Below, in pieces: positions 46,587-56,593 of a stretch of 64,000 bases of DNA; the stretch's first letter is position 1, and each line of letters starts with the position of its first letter. Below the pieces are notes generated by a model. The model was not told the DNA's origin. It searched no databases and saw nothing but the letters and a program-made list of their open reading frames with translations. Location: the IMG/VR virus record IMGVR_UViG_3300037312_000927; one strand, 5' to 3'. The DNA comes from a virus. A program made the translations under genes and the position numbers.

Positions 46587-47225
46587 ATGAAAATTTTAGC
46601 TTTGACTGGTCCGAGCTGCTCGGGCAAAACGACGCTCTTGAACGAGCTTGTTGATAAACACGGTTATCAGAATATCGTTAGCCACACCACGAGACCACCG
46701 CGTCCTGGAGAGGTATACGGCAAAGATTACTACTTCATTCCTCAACATATTTTCGATATGATGAAGGGTAACGATAAATTCTTGGAGAGTGTATCTTTTA
46801 ACGGATTCAGTTACGGGGTCAGTATCGAAGAGATTTACAAAGCTAATAAGTCTGGTAAAATCGCTGCATTGATTGTTGAACCTCGTGGTCTAGTACAGAT
46901 CATGAAATACGCCGAGAAACGTGGAGACGTCGAGCTGAAGAAAGTATTCATAGGCGGAGATACCCACGAACTCATGACTCGATATATTCAGCGTATGCAC
47001 GGTGAGAGTCTCAATGAACGTGGGGTTGCTGAACGCCATGCTAAACGGATGGAGTCCTTGATTATTGAGTGTCAAGAATGGACTCCGTTTAATGACCACT
47101 CGTTGGGAAAATATCAAGGGGACGTTATGACGACTATTCCTAGCATCATTCCTTATGATCTAGTAATATCGCAGTCAAACGACGAGAACTTCGAAGAAAT
47201 ACTACAACAAATAAAAGGACTATGA
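46587..47225 (+). CDS. gmk: Guanylate kinase-like nucleotide kinase
   Basis: GPSCSGKT, VSHTTRPPRPGEVYGKDYYF, YGVS. Confidence 0.85.
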   Translation: MKILALTGPSCSGKTTLLNELVDKHGYQNIVSHTTRPPRPGEVYGKDYYFIPQHIFDMMKGNDKFLESVSFNGFSYGVSIEEIYKANKSGKIAALIVEPRGLVQIMKYAEKRGDVELKKVFIGGDTHELMTRYIQRMHGESLNERGVAERHAKRMESLIIECQEWTPFNDHSLGKYQGDVMTTIPSIIPYDLVISQSNDENFEEILQQIKGL

Positions 47226-47423
47226 ATGATTAAAGTAACACCCGAACTTAACAAGGAAACCGGTATTTCCAGATTCACTTTTGAATGCAGTACTGAAGCG
47301 GATCTGGAGGCAATGGATCACGTCCGAGTCGCTTTCCTGGGCCAGTTCCCTAAACGAGGCTCTTACGAGAACAGTAAAACCCTCGTGATTGAAGCAAAAG
47401 TACCGGTCGTGGAATTGTCATGA
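47226..47423 (+). CDS. Hypothetical protein
   Basis: 65 aa, SD AAGGA. Confidence 0.6.
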   Translation: MIKVTPELNKETGISRFTFECSTEADLEAMDHVRVAFLGQFPKRGSYENSKTLVIEAKVPVVELS

Positions 47424-47434
47424 AATCGAAAATA

Positions 47435-47444
47435 TTTGGTATAA
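47435..47444 (+). promoter_or_regulatory. Class B promoter
   Basis: TTTGGTATAA(C). Confidence 0.7.
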
Positions 47445-47464
47445 CACTAATGTAAGGATAGTAT

Positions 47465-47629
47465 ATGCTTGAGAAATCTGGTACAATTGTCCTTACAGAT
47501 GGAGACCTACACGAGTTTTCTTTAGGTAGAGTCTCCGATAGAGTTAAGTCCAATTGGGGACTTAGCTTACAAGAACTTAAAGATGTTCTGGATAGTAAAA
47601 ACTACGTTCACTCTCCAAATCAGCAATAA
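47465..47629 (+). CDS. Small hypothetical protein (54 aa), not in the ORF track
   Basis: MLEKSGTIVLTDGDLHEF...; SD AAGGA. Confidence 0.5.
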   Translation: MLEKSGTIVLTDGDLHEFSLGRVSDRVKSNWGLSLQELKDVLDSKNYVHSPNQQ

Positions 47630-47665
47630 GTATTATTACTTCACAACATTATAACTTAGAATAAT

Positions 47666-48538
47666 ATGAATCTCGAAAAACTGAATACCCTCGCTCAGAA
47701 CCTGCCGGAAGATGTACGTCAAAATGCTGTCGATCTCGTAACCCGTATGGGTGAAGTTATCGAAGGTATTGGCGACCGTCCGGTGACCTGGCGTCCACAG
47801 ACCCTGAAGCTGATTCAGGCTATGAGTGACCGTTCGAAACTGCCGAAAGGTACCAACGTTGGTGATTTGCTGCTGGGTGAAACCAAGATCGATCAACCGC
47901 TGGATGTCATCGTTCTGCGCTCGTGGGATGGCCGTCAGTACTGGAGCCCGGACAAAGACGAAGCCAAGATGCTGTGCTCTTCGCCAGATGCAGTCCTCGG
48001 TTACATCGGTCAGGAATGCAAAACCTGCCCGCACAGCAAGTTCACTGACGACGGCAAGCCGCAGTGCAACAAGGTCAAGTTCTTCATGGTCGTCAAGCGT
48101 GACCTGAGCGACGTGTTCCTGGTGCAATTCGCAAAGACTGGTTTCAAAGCTGGTAACGAATGGCAACAACTGATGAAGAAAGCTGGCGTTGCTCCGTACC
48201 GTCGTGTTTACGGCGTCAAGAGCGTTGACAGCAAAGAGTACAAGAACGTCGTGAACATCGGCGTCGAAACGTACGAAGGTGAGAAGCGTGACACTCCGAA
48301 GGAATACCTGGAATTCGTTACCGAGCTGTTCACCCAAGTCGGCGCAGACCGTAAGGAATCGGTGGACGAGTTCCACAAGATCATCCTGGCCCGCAAGCAG
48401 GATCCAGCGATGCTGGCAAATGATTCCGGCGCGGATAGTGAAGTTCAACTGCTGGAGGCTCCTGCAGAGGCTGCTGCCGGTGGTGAAGAAGCTAAGGAGG
48501 CTAAGGTCAGCTCCAAAGCTAAGAACTACGTCATCTAA
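47666..48538 (+). CDS. Putative ssDNA-binding/annealing protein
   Basis: 290 aa, GC3-rich; Cys cluster CSS...CKTCPH...C; acidic/Ala-rich C-terminus; replication-gene context. Confidence 0.45.
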   Translation: MNLEKLNTLAQNLPEDVRQNAVDLVTRMGEVIEGIGDRPVTWRPQTLKLIQAMSDRSKLPKGTNVGDLLLGETKIDQPLDVIVLRSWDGRQYWSPDKDEAKMLCSSPDAVLGYIGQECKTCPHSKFTDDGKPQCNKVKFFMVVKRDLSDVFLVQFAKTGFKAGNEWQQLMKKAGVAPYRRVYGVKSVDSKEYKNVVNIGVETYEGEKRDTPKEYLEFVTELFTQVGADRKESVDEFHKIILARKQDPAMLANDSGADSEVQLLEAPAEAAAGGEEAKEAKVSSKAKNYVI

Positions 48539-48604
48539 GCTTTTAGCTTCTGAGTAACTCGGTAGGGTGGGAGACTGCCCTACCTCATAAGGCGGTTAGG
48601 TCGT

Positions 48605-49177
48605 ATGAGTAAACAACTAGAGCAAGCAAGTGCAAAAAGCACTGAAGAAACGTTGCCTGTAAAACCTAGGTATCAGGAACTCTGTGAGATCTTGAAACAA
48701 GGTGAGTTGGTAAAAGAAGATCCCTCCTCAATTCCCGTAAGAGGTTTTTATGGGCATGATGGATCGGTGTTCTTCGGGGTAATCCTCCAAGAACTCAAGG
48801 ACTCTTTTTTAGTTGGATCTCCTGCAAAACTGATGATGACCAAGGATCGTCAGGTAGTAATTGATGCTGTGAGTGCTGAGCCTGTAATCAGGGTTTTTAA
48901 AGCGGCAACTCGTTACGTAGTAACACCCATCGAGTTCACACAGTTTCATTACTATACACATTTGGAGAATTTCGGGTATAAGTTCATGAGTGAATACTTT
49001 AGTGAGGAAATGCGAGAGCATATCACTGAAGTCCTCTCCAACCCAAAATTTGCTAATACTACTGTACCTAAAGTAGATAAGGTCGAAGAGACCTCTGAAG
49101 AAGAAGATGTACTGCATTCAGCCGGGGCGAGCTACGGAGCATTTTTAGTGCCCAATAATAGCGATTGCATTCACTAA
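48605..49177 (+). CDS. Hypothetical protein
   Basis: 190 aa. Confidence 0.65.
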   Translation: MSKQLEQASAKSTEETLPVKPRYQELCEILKQGELVKEDPSSIPVRGFYGHDGSVFFGVILQELKDSFLVGSPAKLMMTKDRQVVIDAVSAEPVIRVFKAATRYVVTPIEFTQFHYYTHLENFGYKFMSEYFSEEMREHITEVLSNPKFANTTVPKVDKVEETSEEEDVLHSAGASYGAFLVPNNSDCIH

Positions 49178-50151
49178 TAACAATAATGACATCCACAGCT
49201 ATACTAACAAGAATAAACGATGCTGAAGAGAGGCTAGAAGAATCTGGAGGTCTTGACTATAACAAGTACACTCTAGGTCCCTGGAGTCCGAGTAAGGTCA
49301 AGATGCTGGAGAAGTGTCCCTATCAGTTTTACCTGAAGTATTTACTGAAGGTTAAACCTGATGATGACTACGTTCAAGACACTGCGATGGCAGATGTCGG
49401 TACTATCGCCCACCGTATTTTGGAACATGTCGTTCTAGGTAAAAGCGTGGGTGATGCCTACAGACTTGCCAAAGTAGAGCATTGTGAAGTACCGCCAGAA
49501 CTTCAAAAGAAGGGCGTGGCGAATATCACATCTGCCAAGTGGGCCGAGAGCATCGAACCACTTGAGGCTAATATCATCACCTTTTCGGAGAAGATGGAGG
49601 CATTCAAACGTAATAACAAGGTTATTGCGTACCACACCGAGCTAAGGTTAGGAGTAACGAAGGACTGGAAGAAGACTACTTTCTTTGGAAAGGATGTTTA
49701 CTTCCGAGGCATCGTTGACTTGGCCATTGAACTTGATACAGGTCCAGGTAAAAAGCCTGATTTTTTAGTACTTGATCATAAGCACGGTGGAGGGGATTTC
49801 GGTACCCCTAGCACAAGAAACTACCAGCAGCAACTTGACTCATATAGGCCTATGATCCATTATGGATTTAAGTCATCGTCAGGTATTCAGGCAGGTATTC
49901 ACTTTATCAAGGCAGGTACTTCGGCCTACGATAAATATACTCCTGCTGAAGAAATTGAAACATCTATTCGCAAAAACGTGGAGTGGGTAATCGACGGTGC
50001 AGTTGACCGAGTCCAAGAGCTCGGATACTTCAAGCACATCCGTGGTTCTCACTGCCAGTATTGTGAGTACAACGACCAATGTAAACCTGGGCTCTTAAAA
50101 GATAACGAGCTCTCCACTAAGAAATACTTCGAGATTAAGGAAATAAAATGA
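49165..50151 (+). CDS. PD-(D/E)XK exonuclease, Cas4/AddB-like with Fe-S cysteines
   Basis: CPYQF...GTIAH; RGIVDL...LDHK; CQYCEY..QC. Confidence 0.8.
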   Translation: MHSLITIMTSTAILTRINDAEERLEESGGLDYNKYTLGPWSPSKVKMLEKCPYQFYLKYLLKVKPDDDYVQDTAMADVGTIAHRILEHVVLGKSVGDAYRLAKVEHCEVPPELQKKGVANITSAKWAESIEPLEANIITFSEKMEAFKRNNKVIAYHTELRLGVTKDWKKTTFFGKDVYFRGIVDLAIELDTGPGKKPDFLVLDHKHGGGDFGTPSTRNYQQQLDSYRPMIHYGFKSSSGIQAGIHFIKAGTSAYDKYTPAEEIETSIRKNVEWVIDGAVDRVQELGYFKHIRGSHCQYCEYNDQCKPGLLKDNELSTKKYFEIKEIK

Positions 50152-50450
50152 CTACGATCGCTCAAAACCAAAACGATACCCTGTTCCAGTCTGGCAAAAT
50201 CGATGTAGCTGAAGCAGCAAGTATGAGGGCCGCCAAGTATGGTATGGAGGAGCTTGAGGCGCAAGTTGCAGCTAAGGTTCTGGATAAGATGGCCGTATAC
50301 TCAGAAGGTATTGCTGATATTTTGTCGAATCTGAATTTGGATGCTGGTGCAGATGCTATTTATGAGGTCCTGTTCACGAGGATGTTCGACCACGCAGTCT
50401 TGGTGCATGGAGAAGAACTCCTCCTGGCCCGTTCTGCGCCTGCCCAATAA
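50148..50450 (+). CDS. Hypothetical protein
   Basis: 100 aa. Confidence 0.65.
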   Translation: MTTIAQNQNDTLFQSGKIDVAEAASMRAAKYGMEELEAQVAAKVLDKMAVYSEGIADILSNLNLDAGADAIYEVLFTRMFDHAVLVHGEELLLARSAPAQ

Positions 50451-50535
50451 ACATTGAAGTAGTTCCCCTGAGCCTTGCCTTCGAGCAGGGCTTAGTTTAT
50501 TATGGAGGGCACTTCTGATAAGAATAAGGATATAA

Positions 50536-53379
50536 ATGTTTCAAATATGTAAAGAAAGTATCGACCTAGTAGCCCACATCGCCAAAGAAACGGAGATGGA
50601 GATCGGTGAATGCGGTACTGATACGTATGAAATCAAGGGTGATGACGCTAACGGTTATTGCCCATTCTGCGAACACAAAGGTTGTTTTAAGATCAAGCAG
50701 AATCCTGAAGAACTCGTCAATGCCTTCTATCACTGCTTCAGCTGCGAACAACATGGGTCAATCATTGATTGGGTAGCAGAACGAGAAAAGCTTTCGCCAG
50801 TAGATGCTGCTAGAAAACTAGCCAAAGAGTACAATATCGAACTGCCTAAGGATTTCAATCCTATCCAGGAGATCTTCGATGTAACTGCAAAGTACTACCA
50901 TAACTGTTTTATAGATGCAAAGCCGAGTTCTAAGCTGGCACGTATGACTCCGGTTGAGTATCAACTGAAGGTACGTCGTCACGAAGAGTCTACTTTGGCA
51001 AAAGCCCAGATCGGTTGGGGTGATGGAGGTCTTGTAGAGTTCCTGGAAAGCTTGGGATTTGAGCCCGACCTTTTAGTTGAGAGCGGTCTTAAGAACAAGA
51101 AGACTGGTAAAGACTTCTTACCTAGCGATTGTTTTCTTTATCCTCACTATGTAAATGGCAGAGTTTCGCACTTCACGATCAAAGATCCAATCAAGAAGAT
51201 TGCGTATCAACTTCCTAACAAATATTCTCTTAATGGCCATCAGTTCTACGGACAAGATAGCGTAAAAGGGAAAGACGCCGTTATCATCGTGGAAGGTGAA
51301 AATGATCGTCTCAGTATCATTGAGAGGTCTGACAAATACGGAGTGCTGGCCACCATTGGTCAAATCTCTGGAGCACAGCTTGACTGGATGAGAGAAAACC
51401 TCAACGGCAAGCACGTAATAACGATGTTTGATCCGGATGAAGCCGGCGACAAATACCGTGTGAAGGTGGAGAAGATTCGGTCAGCGTTTAAAAGCCTGAC
51501 TCAAGTCAAACCCCCTGAAGAGAAAGACATTGACGATCATCTGTCCCGGGGTGCCGACCTTGATGGTATCATCTCTGCTAATGTCGTCAAAGTCGAATTG
51601 GAGGATCGGTTCGTCCCTCCGGCTGGACTCACTGTTAATACTACTGTAGTAAAAGAGGACGGCACCACTGAGGAAACTCAGGAGACCGTAGAAAACAATA
51701 GTGTCATTGAGAAACATGGCGCTTACTGGAGGGTTAAGTTTAAAGATGGAGAACCTCAATATACGAAGATCTCCAACTTTACTATTAAGTTAAAGAACGT
51801 ATATGTTACGGAAGAGGGCGATAGACTTCGAGAAATTGTGGTGGTTAGAGAAGACGGTTTTGTATCTGATCCTGTTACAACGAATAGTGAGACCAAAGTA
51901 TCTCTTAAGAGCTTTAGGGTCCTGCTGGCAAGATCTGCTGACGCGGATTTTCGGGGTAACGAACAGGATCTGATCGGAATGTGGGATCTGATTTATTCGA
52001 CGAATACGGAAACGCTTGTCAAGGTTACCCGGGTTGTTGGACGCCATGAACAGTCTCGTGGTTGGTTGACCCGTACCAAATTCATCTCTGATACAGGTGT
52101 AGTTATAGAACCTGATGAAAGCGGTATTTTCTGGTCCAACGGAAGAAGCGTAGGGATTCGACCGGAGTCGTTAGACAAAAGTGGCAGTGGAGATAACACT
52201 GATATTCCACATTTTGTAACTGACACGACTCCCGATGAACGTGAGGAGTTACTTAGAGGGTTGGTTACCAACCTGGCGAAGAACTTGGGTGACCCCGGCA
52301 CCGCTTTACTGATGTTGGCCTGGTTCCAATCGTGTGCATATTCTAATAGTATCTTTAGGCTTAATAAAAGCTTCCCTATGCTATTTGTATGGGGTAGCAA
52401 CGGTGAGGGTAAGGGCACTATCTGTGAATGGCTGATGTCTTTGTACGACTTGCATGATAAAGGACGTACAGCTGTTTCGCAGTTGAAGAGTGGCGTTGGT
52501 TTTGGTAGAAAGGCCGAGTATTATGCTAGCTTACCTTTGTGGATTGATGAGATTCGAGCGGACGCAGAATGTTCCACTTATAATTCTACTTTTAGAAGTT
52601 ATTACGATCGAACTCCTAGGACTATGGGTGCTAAAGACGGGTTCGGTGTTAAAGTGCAGCATGTGCGTAGTTGCTTTCTGTTTGCTGGTGAAGATCTGTT
52701 CGAAGATCCGGCAACGAAAGAACGATGTATCGTAGCCCGAATTCCTCGTATCGGCAGGGAAAAGGTGGAGAGTTACCAATGGATCGATGCACGTAAGAGT
52801 GACCTGAGCAGCATCGGTTACATGTGGATTCTCCAGAGCGTGAACCGAGATCATGGAAAACTCCTGGATCAGATCCGTAAGTTGGACAAAGAACTGATCC
52901 TTGAGGCGAAGTGTTCTTCTAGGAAAAGTAAGAACTGGGCAGTGGTCGGTACGTTCGCCATTGAGCTGGCTGAGAAGTATATGCCGGAGTTCGATATGCG
53001 TAAGTTTCTGTATGAAGTCAGTACGAAGGATAGCATTCAACAGAAGAGCGAGACGACGGTCTCACAGTTCTTTGAAACTGTTGAATCTATCATGAGTCAA
53101 GAAGGCATCCAGAAACTGACAGTGAATCACATTATGCGAGAGGGACATCTTCTCCACGTATGGTTCCCCCACGTATATCGAGTAGTGAACGAGGCTTATC
53201 ATAACCGGTTTGCATTTACGAAAAACGCTGTCCTGGCAGCACTTAGGGAGGAGTCGTATTTCGTATCGGATGATAAGAAGATAACGATGGGACTAAATGG
53301 AGTTAGACGAGTTGTTGTAACTCTGGATCTGAACAAAGCTCCGGATTCTATTAAGAATATAGCGAATATAAATGTCTAA
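50536..53379 (+). CDS. DnaG-type primase fused to a P-loop helicase-like domain
   Basis: Zn-finger CPFC...HCFSC; TOPRIM VEGEND and FDPDEAG; Walker A GSNGEGKG; WIDE. Confidence 0.85.
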   Translation: MFQICKESIDLVAHIAKETEMEIGECGTDTYEIKGDDANGYCPFCEHKGCFKIKQNPEELVNAFYHCFSCEQHGSIIDWVAEREKLSPVDAARKLAKEYNIELPKDFNPIQEIFDVTAKYYHNCFIDAKPSSKLARMTPVEYQLKVRRHEESTLAKAQIGWGDGGLVEFLESLGFEPDLLVESGLKNKKTGKDFLPSDCFLYPHYVNGRVSHFTIKDPIKKIAYQLPNKYSLNGHQFYGQDSVKGKDAVIIVEGENDRLSIIERSDKYGVLATIGQISGAQLDWMRENLNGKHVITMFDPDEAGDKYRVKVEKIRSAFKSLTQVKPPEEKDIDDHLSRGADLDGIISANVVKVELEDRFVPPAGLTVNTTVVKEDGTTEETQETVENNSVIEKHGAYWRVKFKDGEPQYTKISNFTIKLKNVYVTEEGDRLREIVVVREDGFVSDPVTTNSETKVSLKSFRVLLARSADADFRGNEQDLIGMWDLIYSTNTETLVKVTRVVGRHEQSRGWLTRTKFISDTGVVIEPDESGIFWSNGRSVGIRPESLDKSGSGDNTDIPHFVTDTTPDEREELLRGLVTNLAKNLGDPGTALLMLAWFQSCAYSNSIFRLNKSFPMLFVWGSNGEGKGTICEWLMSLYDLHDKGRTAVSQLKSGVGFGRKAEYYASLPLWIDEIRADAECSTYNSTFRSYYDRTPRTMGAKDGFGVKVQHVRSCFLFAGEDLFEDPATKERCIVARIPRIGREKVESYQWIDARKSDLSSIGYMWILQSVNRDHGKLLDQIRKLDKELILEAKCSSRKSKNWAVVGTFAIELAEKYMPEFDMRKFLYEVSTKDSIQQKSETTVSQFFETVESIMSQEGIQKLTVNHIMREGHLLHVWFPHVYRVVNEAYHNRFAFTKNAVLAALREESYFVSDDKKITMGLNGVRRVVVTLDLNKAPDSIKNIANINV

Positions 53380-53713
53380 AGAACTTGAAGTTAAACCATT
53401 TCCGGGAAAGGGGTTTGAACCTGCCCCGGAAGATCGGGGATGGATTCCCCTTACAGTTCCTACTCAGTTGAACGTTAACACCGTAAAATTGGTACGGGAT
53501 TTTTCTGAAGCCTTGATGCAGAAATTGCTTAAGGCTCAAACGAAATACGGACACCAGGATGGTTGGATGGATGGTGGCTGGATGGATAAATGCAGAGCAG
53601 ATATGATGGATCACATCGAAAAGGGTGACCCACTCGACGTCGCTGCATACACTGCGTTTTTGTGGTTCCACGGTGAATCGACTGTGAAAAGAAATGAGGA
53701 ATACAAAGAATGA
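53372..53713 (+). CDS. Conserved phage protein, possible all-alpha NTP pyrophosphatase-like fold
   Basis: KL..AQ.KYG...GW...C...HIEKGDPLDVAAY..FLW. Confidence 0.45.
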   Translation: MSKELEVKPFPGKGFEPAPEDRGWIPLTVPTQLNVNTVKLVRDFSEALMQKLLKAQTKYGHQDGWMDGGWMDKCRADMMDHIEKGDPLDVAAYTAFLWFHGESTVKRNEEYKE

Positions 53714-53946
53714 TTGATATTACAAAGAAAATTTGGGCCAAGTACAAAGCTATCGGTAATGCTAAATACACAGCCTTCGGCATTACGGGATTTCTGATTC
53801 TGGATATGTTTTTCCTGTTGGGCGCAATTCTTAAAGCATGCGTAGGTGAAGTGGAACCGTTCTATCTGCTGCTGGGCTTCGTAATGGTGGTGTATGCCTA
53901 CCTGAAAGAAAAAGCTAGTGATAATCATCACTTTTACCCAGATTAA
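53710..53946 (+). CDS. Small two-TM protein
   Basis: 78 aa, two hydrophobic helices. Confidence 0.65.
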   Translation: MIDITKKIWAKYKAIGNAKYTAFGITGFLILDMFFLLGAILKACVGEVEPFYLLLGFVMVVYAYLKEKASDNHHFYPD

Positions 53947-53949
53947 GTG

Positions 53950-53979
53950 TTGACACAAGTGTAGTAGTCAGGGTAAGAT
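53950..53979 (+). promoter_or_regulatory. Class A sigma70-like promoter
   Basis: TTGACA-N18-TAAGAT upstream of 54015 and hup. Confidence 0.5.
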
Positions 53980-54014
53980 TACTACATCTCAACAACTTCT
54001 ATAATAAAAACAAA

Positions 54015-54314
54015 ATGAGTAATATCTTTGTAGCACGTAACCAAGGTAAATCCGGTGAAACCCCGAAACCCTATCTGGGATATCGAAACTTCTACGGTCC
54101 AGGTAAATTCAAATACTTCGTATACCCGGACGGTGGATGGGATCCGAAATGGGGCCGTAAACCCCTGCTTGGTACGGTGTACGCAGATGAGCCCTTCTAC
54201 GCAGTACGAGAAGCTTACACCAAGGGCCTTGCCCCAGTGAATGGCACCTTCGGACTGATTGCTTTGAAAGAGAAACTTGATGAAGGTCAATACGTTTCTC
54301 GTCGTTTTAACTAA
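54015..54314 (+). CDS. Hypothetical protein
   Basis: 99 aa. Confidence 0.7.
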   Translation: MSNIFVARNQGKSGETPKPYLGYRNFYGPGKFKYFVYPDGGWDPKWGRKPLLGTVYADEPFYAVREAYTKGLAPVNGTFGLIALKEKLDEGQYVSRRFN

Positions 54315-54348
54315 TCATTACAAAAATTAATAATAAAGGAAAATAGAA

Positions 54349-54627
54349 ATGAATAAAGGTGAACTGATCAACTCGTACGCAGCTGAAGCTGGTGTCAAAA
54401 CTGCCGATGCGAAAGCTGCGGTCGAAACTTTGGCCCGTATTTATGAGCGCACCCTGCTGACCGGGGAAGAAGTTACAGTCCCAGGCGTCGGTAAGCTTAA
54501 AGTCGTGACCAAAGCTGCACGCAACGGCCGCAACCCGAAGACTGGCGAAGCAATCCAGATCCCGGCAAAGCGTGTCGTTGAATTTACCCCGTCGGCGGAA
54601 TTCAAAGCAAGCGTCAGTCCGGTGTAA
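54349..54627 (+). CDS. hup: HU-family DNA-binding protein
   Basis: MNKGELI...GVGKL...ARNGRNPKTGEAIQIPAKRVVEF. Confidence 0.93.
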   Translation: MNKGELINSYAAEAGVKTADAKAAVETLARIYERTLLTGEEVTVPGVGKLKVVTKAARNGRNPKTGEAIQIPAKRVVEFTPSAEFKASVSPV

Positions 54628-54645
54628 TTAACACCTAGCTTAATT

Positions 54646-54674
54646 AAGGCTCAACTTCGGTTGGGCCTTTTTTT
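54646..54674 (+). terminator. Rho-independent terminator
   Basis: AAGGCTCAAC-TTCG-GTTGGGCCTT plus T-run. Confidence 0.85.
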
Positions 54675-54704
54675 AGTTTTAATAAATCAAAGTTATTCAC
54701 TAGT

Positions 54705-54715
54705 TTTGGTATAAG
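54705..54715 (+). promoter_or_regulatory. Class B promoter
   Basis: TTTGGTATAAG. Confidence 0.75.
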
Positions 54716-54764
54716 TATTATATGTAGCCTTATATTTAAGGCGTGTCCTTAACTAGGAGTATTT

Positions 54765-55061
54765 ATGGATAACCTTGAGAAACACGACACTCTCATCGAA
54801 GGTATAACTCCGGTAGGATTGTTGTCGGCAGTTGGCGCAGTAATTCTCGTAGTATCCTTGTACAAAGTGGTGACAGTATCCGTTGTGGAGGTTAAAACCT
54901 ATGCTACATATGGATTTATAGGATTGACGTGTCAATGGGCCGTTGCTATTTTTAAACCCCATCTGATATGGAGACTTGTTGGTGTTTGTGTGTTTTCTCT
55001 GATATCAGCCATGCTGCTTGCTTTAATAATCTCAAGCATGGGGATGTTCTTCAAAATATAA
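54765..55061 (+). CDS. Three-TM membrane protein
   Basis: 98 aa, SD AGGAG. Confidence 0.7.
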   Translation: MDNLEKHDTLIEGITPVGLLSAVGAVILVVSLYKVVTVSVVEVKTYATYGFIGLTCQWAVAIFKPHLIWRLVGVCVFSLISAMLLALIISSMGMFFKI

Positions 55062-55118
55062 CCCTCTAGTTAAGAGGTTTTCTATCCCGGTTATGCCGGG
55101 TTTTTTGTTAGGTGAAAT

Positions 55119-55835
55119 ATGACTCCCTGGAATCAAGCTAGCGCCCCTCCTCTTACCTCCACTAAAACTACGGCAGGTTCCGGTCCACTGCCCCGTATCA
55201 CTACCGGGGATAATTCCCTGTTTACCCCCAAAGGGGAGGCACCTCCACTCACCCCGGTCCTCAAGCCCGCAGCCAAACAACCGGTCGAAGGAATCATGGA
55301 AGCCACTAAAACGACCGTAGAGGCGTCGAAGACTCAGGTTGGTAGTACGACGCCTCCTCCTCTTCAAAAAGTCCCCAGAAGCCCTTCTAAGGCTTCTACG
55401 GGCCCGTCTCAGTACCGACCAACGTGGAACGGTGCAGAAACCCCTGCTTTGCAGAGCGTTCCAATTCAGGCTAAGGATGAAGCCAGTATGTACGTCATTA
55501 CCTGCCGATCCAATATCTGTGAGGTGCCGAAGATCGAGGGCAGCACCTTCTTTGGCGTATATACTTATGATGAGGCTATGCGTCTCAAAGGTAAGGATTT
55601 ACGTGATAAACTGATTAAGCTCATCACGGATAATATCTCAGAGTTGGTGCCTACCCTGGTTAATGTTGCAATCAACATGGGTACGATTAAGGTTGATGTT
55701 CTGTACTCACCGGCTGATGTCGGGAACACGATAGCAACCATCAATCTTCGTAACGTGAACGATGATGACAAAGTCACACGGTCGTATATCATCAGCCGGG
55801 TTAACCCTAACCGACTCGAAGGTTTGCGATTCTAA
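55119..55835 (+). CDS. Hypothetical protein with Pro/Thr-rich N-half
   Basis: 238 aa. Confidence 0.7.
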   Translation: MTPWNQASAPPLTSTKTTAGSGPLPRITTGDNSLFTPKGEAPPLTPVLKPAAKQPVEGIMEATKTTVEASKTQVGSTTPPPLQKVPRSPSKASTGPSQYRPTWNGAETPALQSVPIQAKDEASMYVITCRSNICEVPKIEGSTFFGVYTYDEAMRLKGKDLRDKLIKLITDNISELVPTLVNVAINMGTIKVDVLYSPADVGNTIATINLRNVNDDDKVTRSYIISRVNPNRLEGLRF

Positions 55836-55840
55836 GAACT

Positions 55841-55868
55841 GAGGGGCCGTTTCTGGCCTCTCTTTTTT
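55841..55868 (+). terminator. Rho-independent terminator
   Basis: GAGGGGCC...GGCCTCTC plus T-run, abutting repeat copy 2. Confidence 0.65.
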
Positions 55869-55869
55869 A

Positions 55870-56505
55870 GGTGTCCAGAATTTTTGGACACTGTCCAATT
55901 ATGTCCTAAAACCTTGAGTTGAAATAATCGTTTAAAAACAACGACTTACAGATGAACTGTCCAAGTGTCCGAAATACGTATACAAATATAGGACACTCTA
56001 AGTGTTTGATTTAAAAGATAAAAATGGCAAAGTGTCCAGTTTTTCTCGATTTTCCGAAAAACATACACCCACCTTTACAAAAGAACTGCGCTGAAAATCG
56101 TCGAGCCTGACCCTGACTTAAAGAATCTACTTTTCTGGAATTCTCTCAAACCCCTGTAGATACTACCCCTCTATATATATAATATATAATATATAAATAA
56201 TAAATATATATAAATATATATAATATGACGCAGTTTTCTGACATGTAACGGCATGTTACGAATTCCAGTTTCTCTACTTTTCTCCCTCAGTTTTTATAAA
56301 GGTGGGTGTATGTTTTTCAAAAAACGGCGAAAAACTGGACACTTTGCCATTTTCCCCTTTTAAATCAAATACTTAGGGTGTCCAGTTTTATTTTTCGATT
56401 TTTGGACACTTGGACACTTGACTCTGTTTCTCCAGTAAACACTGATGATTTAGAAATTGGACATGTCCTGGATTTTTGGACAGGTGTCCAGTTTTTTGGA
56501 CACTT
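55870..56505. repeat. Symmetric AT-cored element, copy 2 (inverted relative to copy 1)
   Basis: 56169-56236 is the exact reverse complement of 14512-14579 (68 bp); 56291-56341 of 14407-14457 (51 bp); internal inverted repeat 56057 vs 56295-56317. Confidence 0.9.
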
Positions 56506-56521
56506 CAAGATTCAGGGCTAT

Positions 56522-56532
56522 TTTGGTATAAT
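56522..56532 (+). promoter_or_regulatory. Class B promoter of the DNA polymerase operon
   Basis: TTTGGTATAAT. Confidence 0.75.
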
Positions 56533-56593
56533 CTCTATGTAAGGATTTATGCCTTACTTTTTATCCACCTATAACAAGAAAGAGACTAACTAA

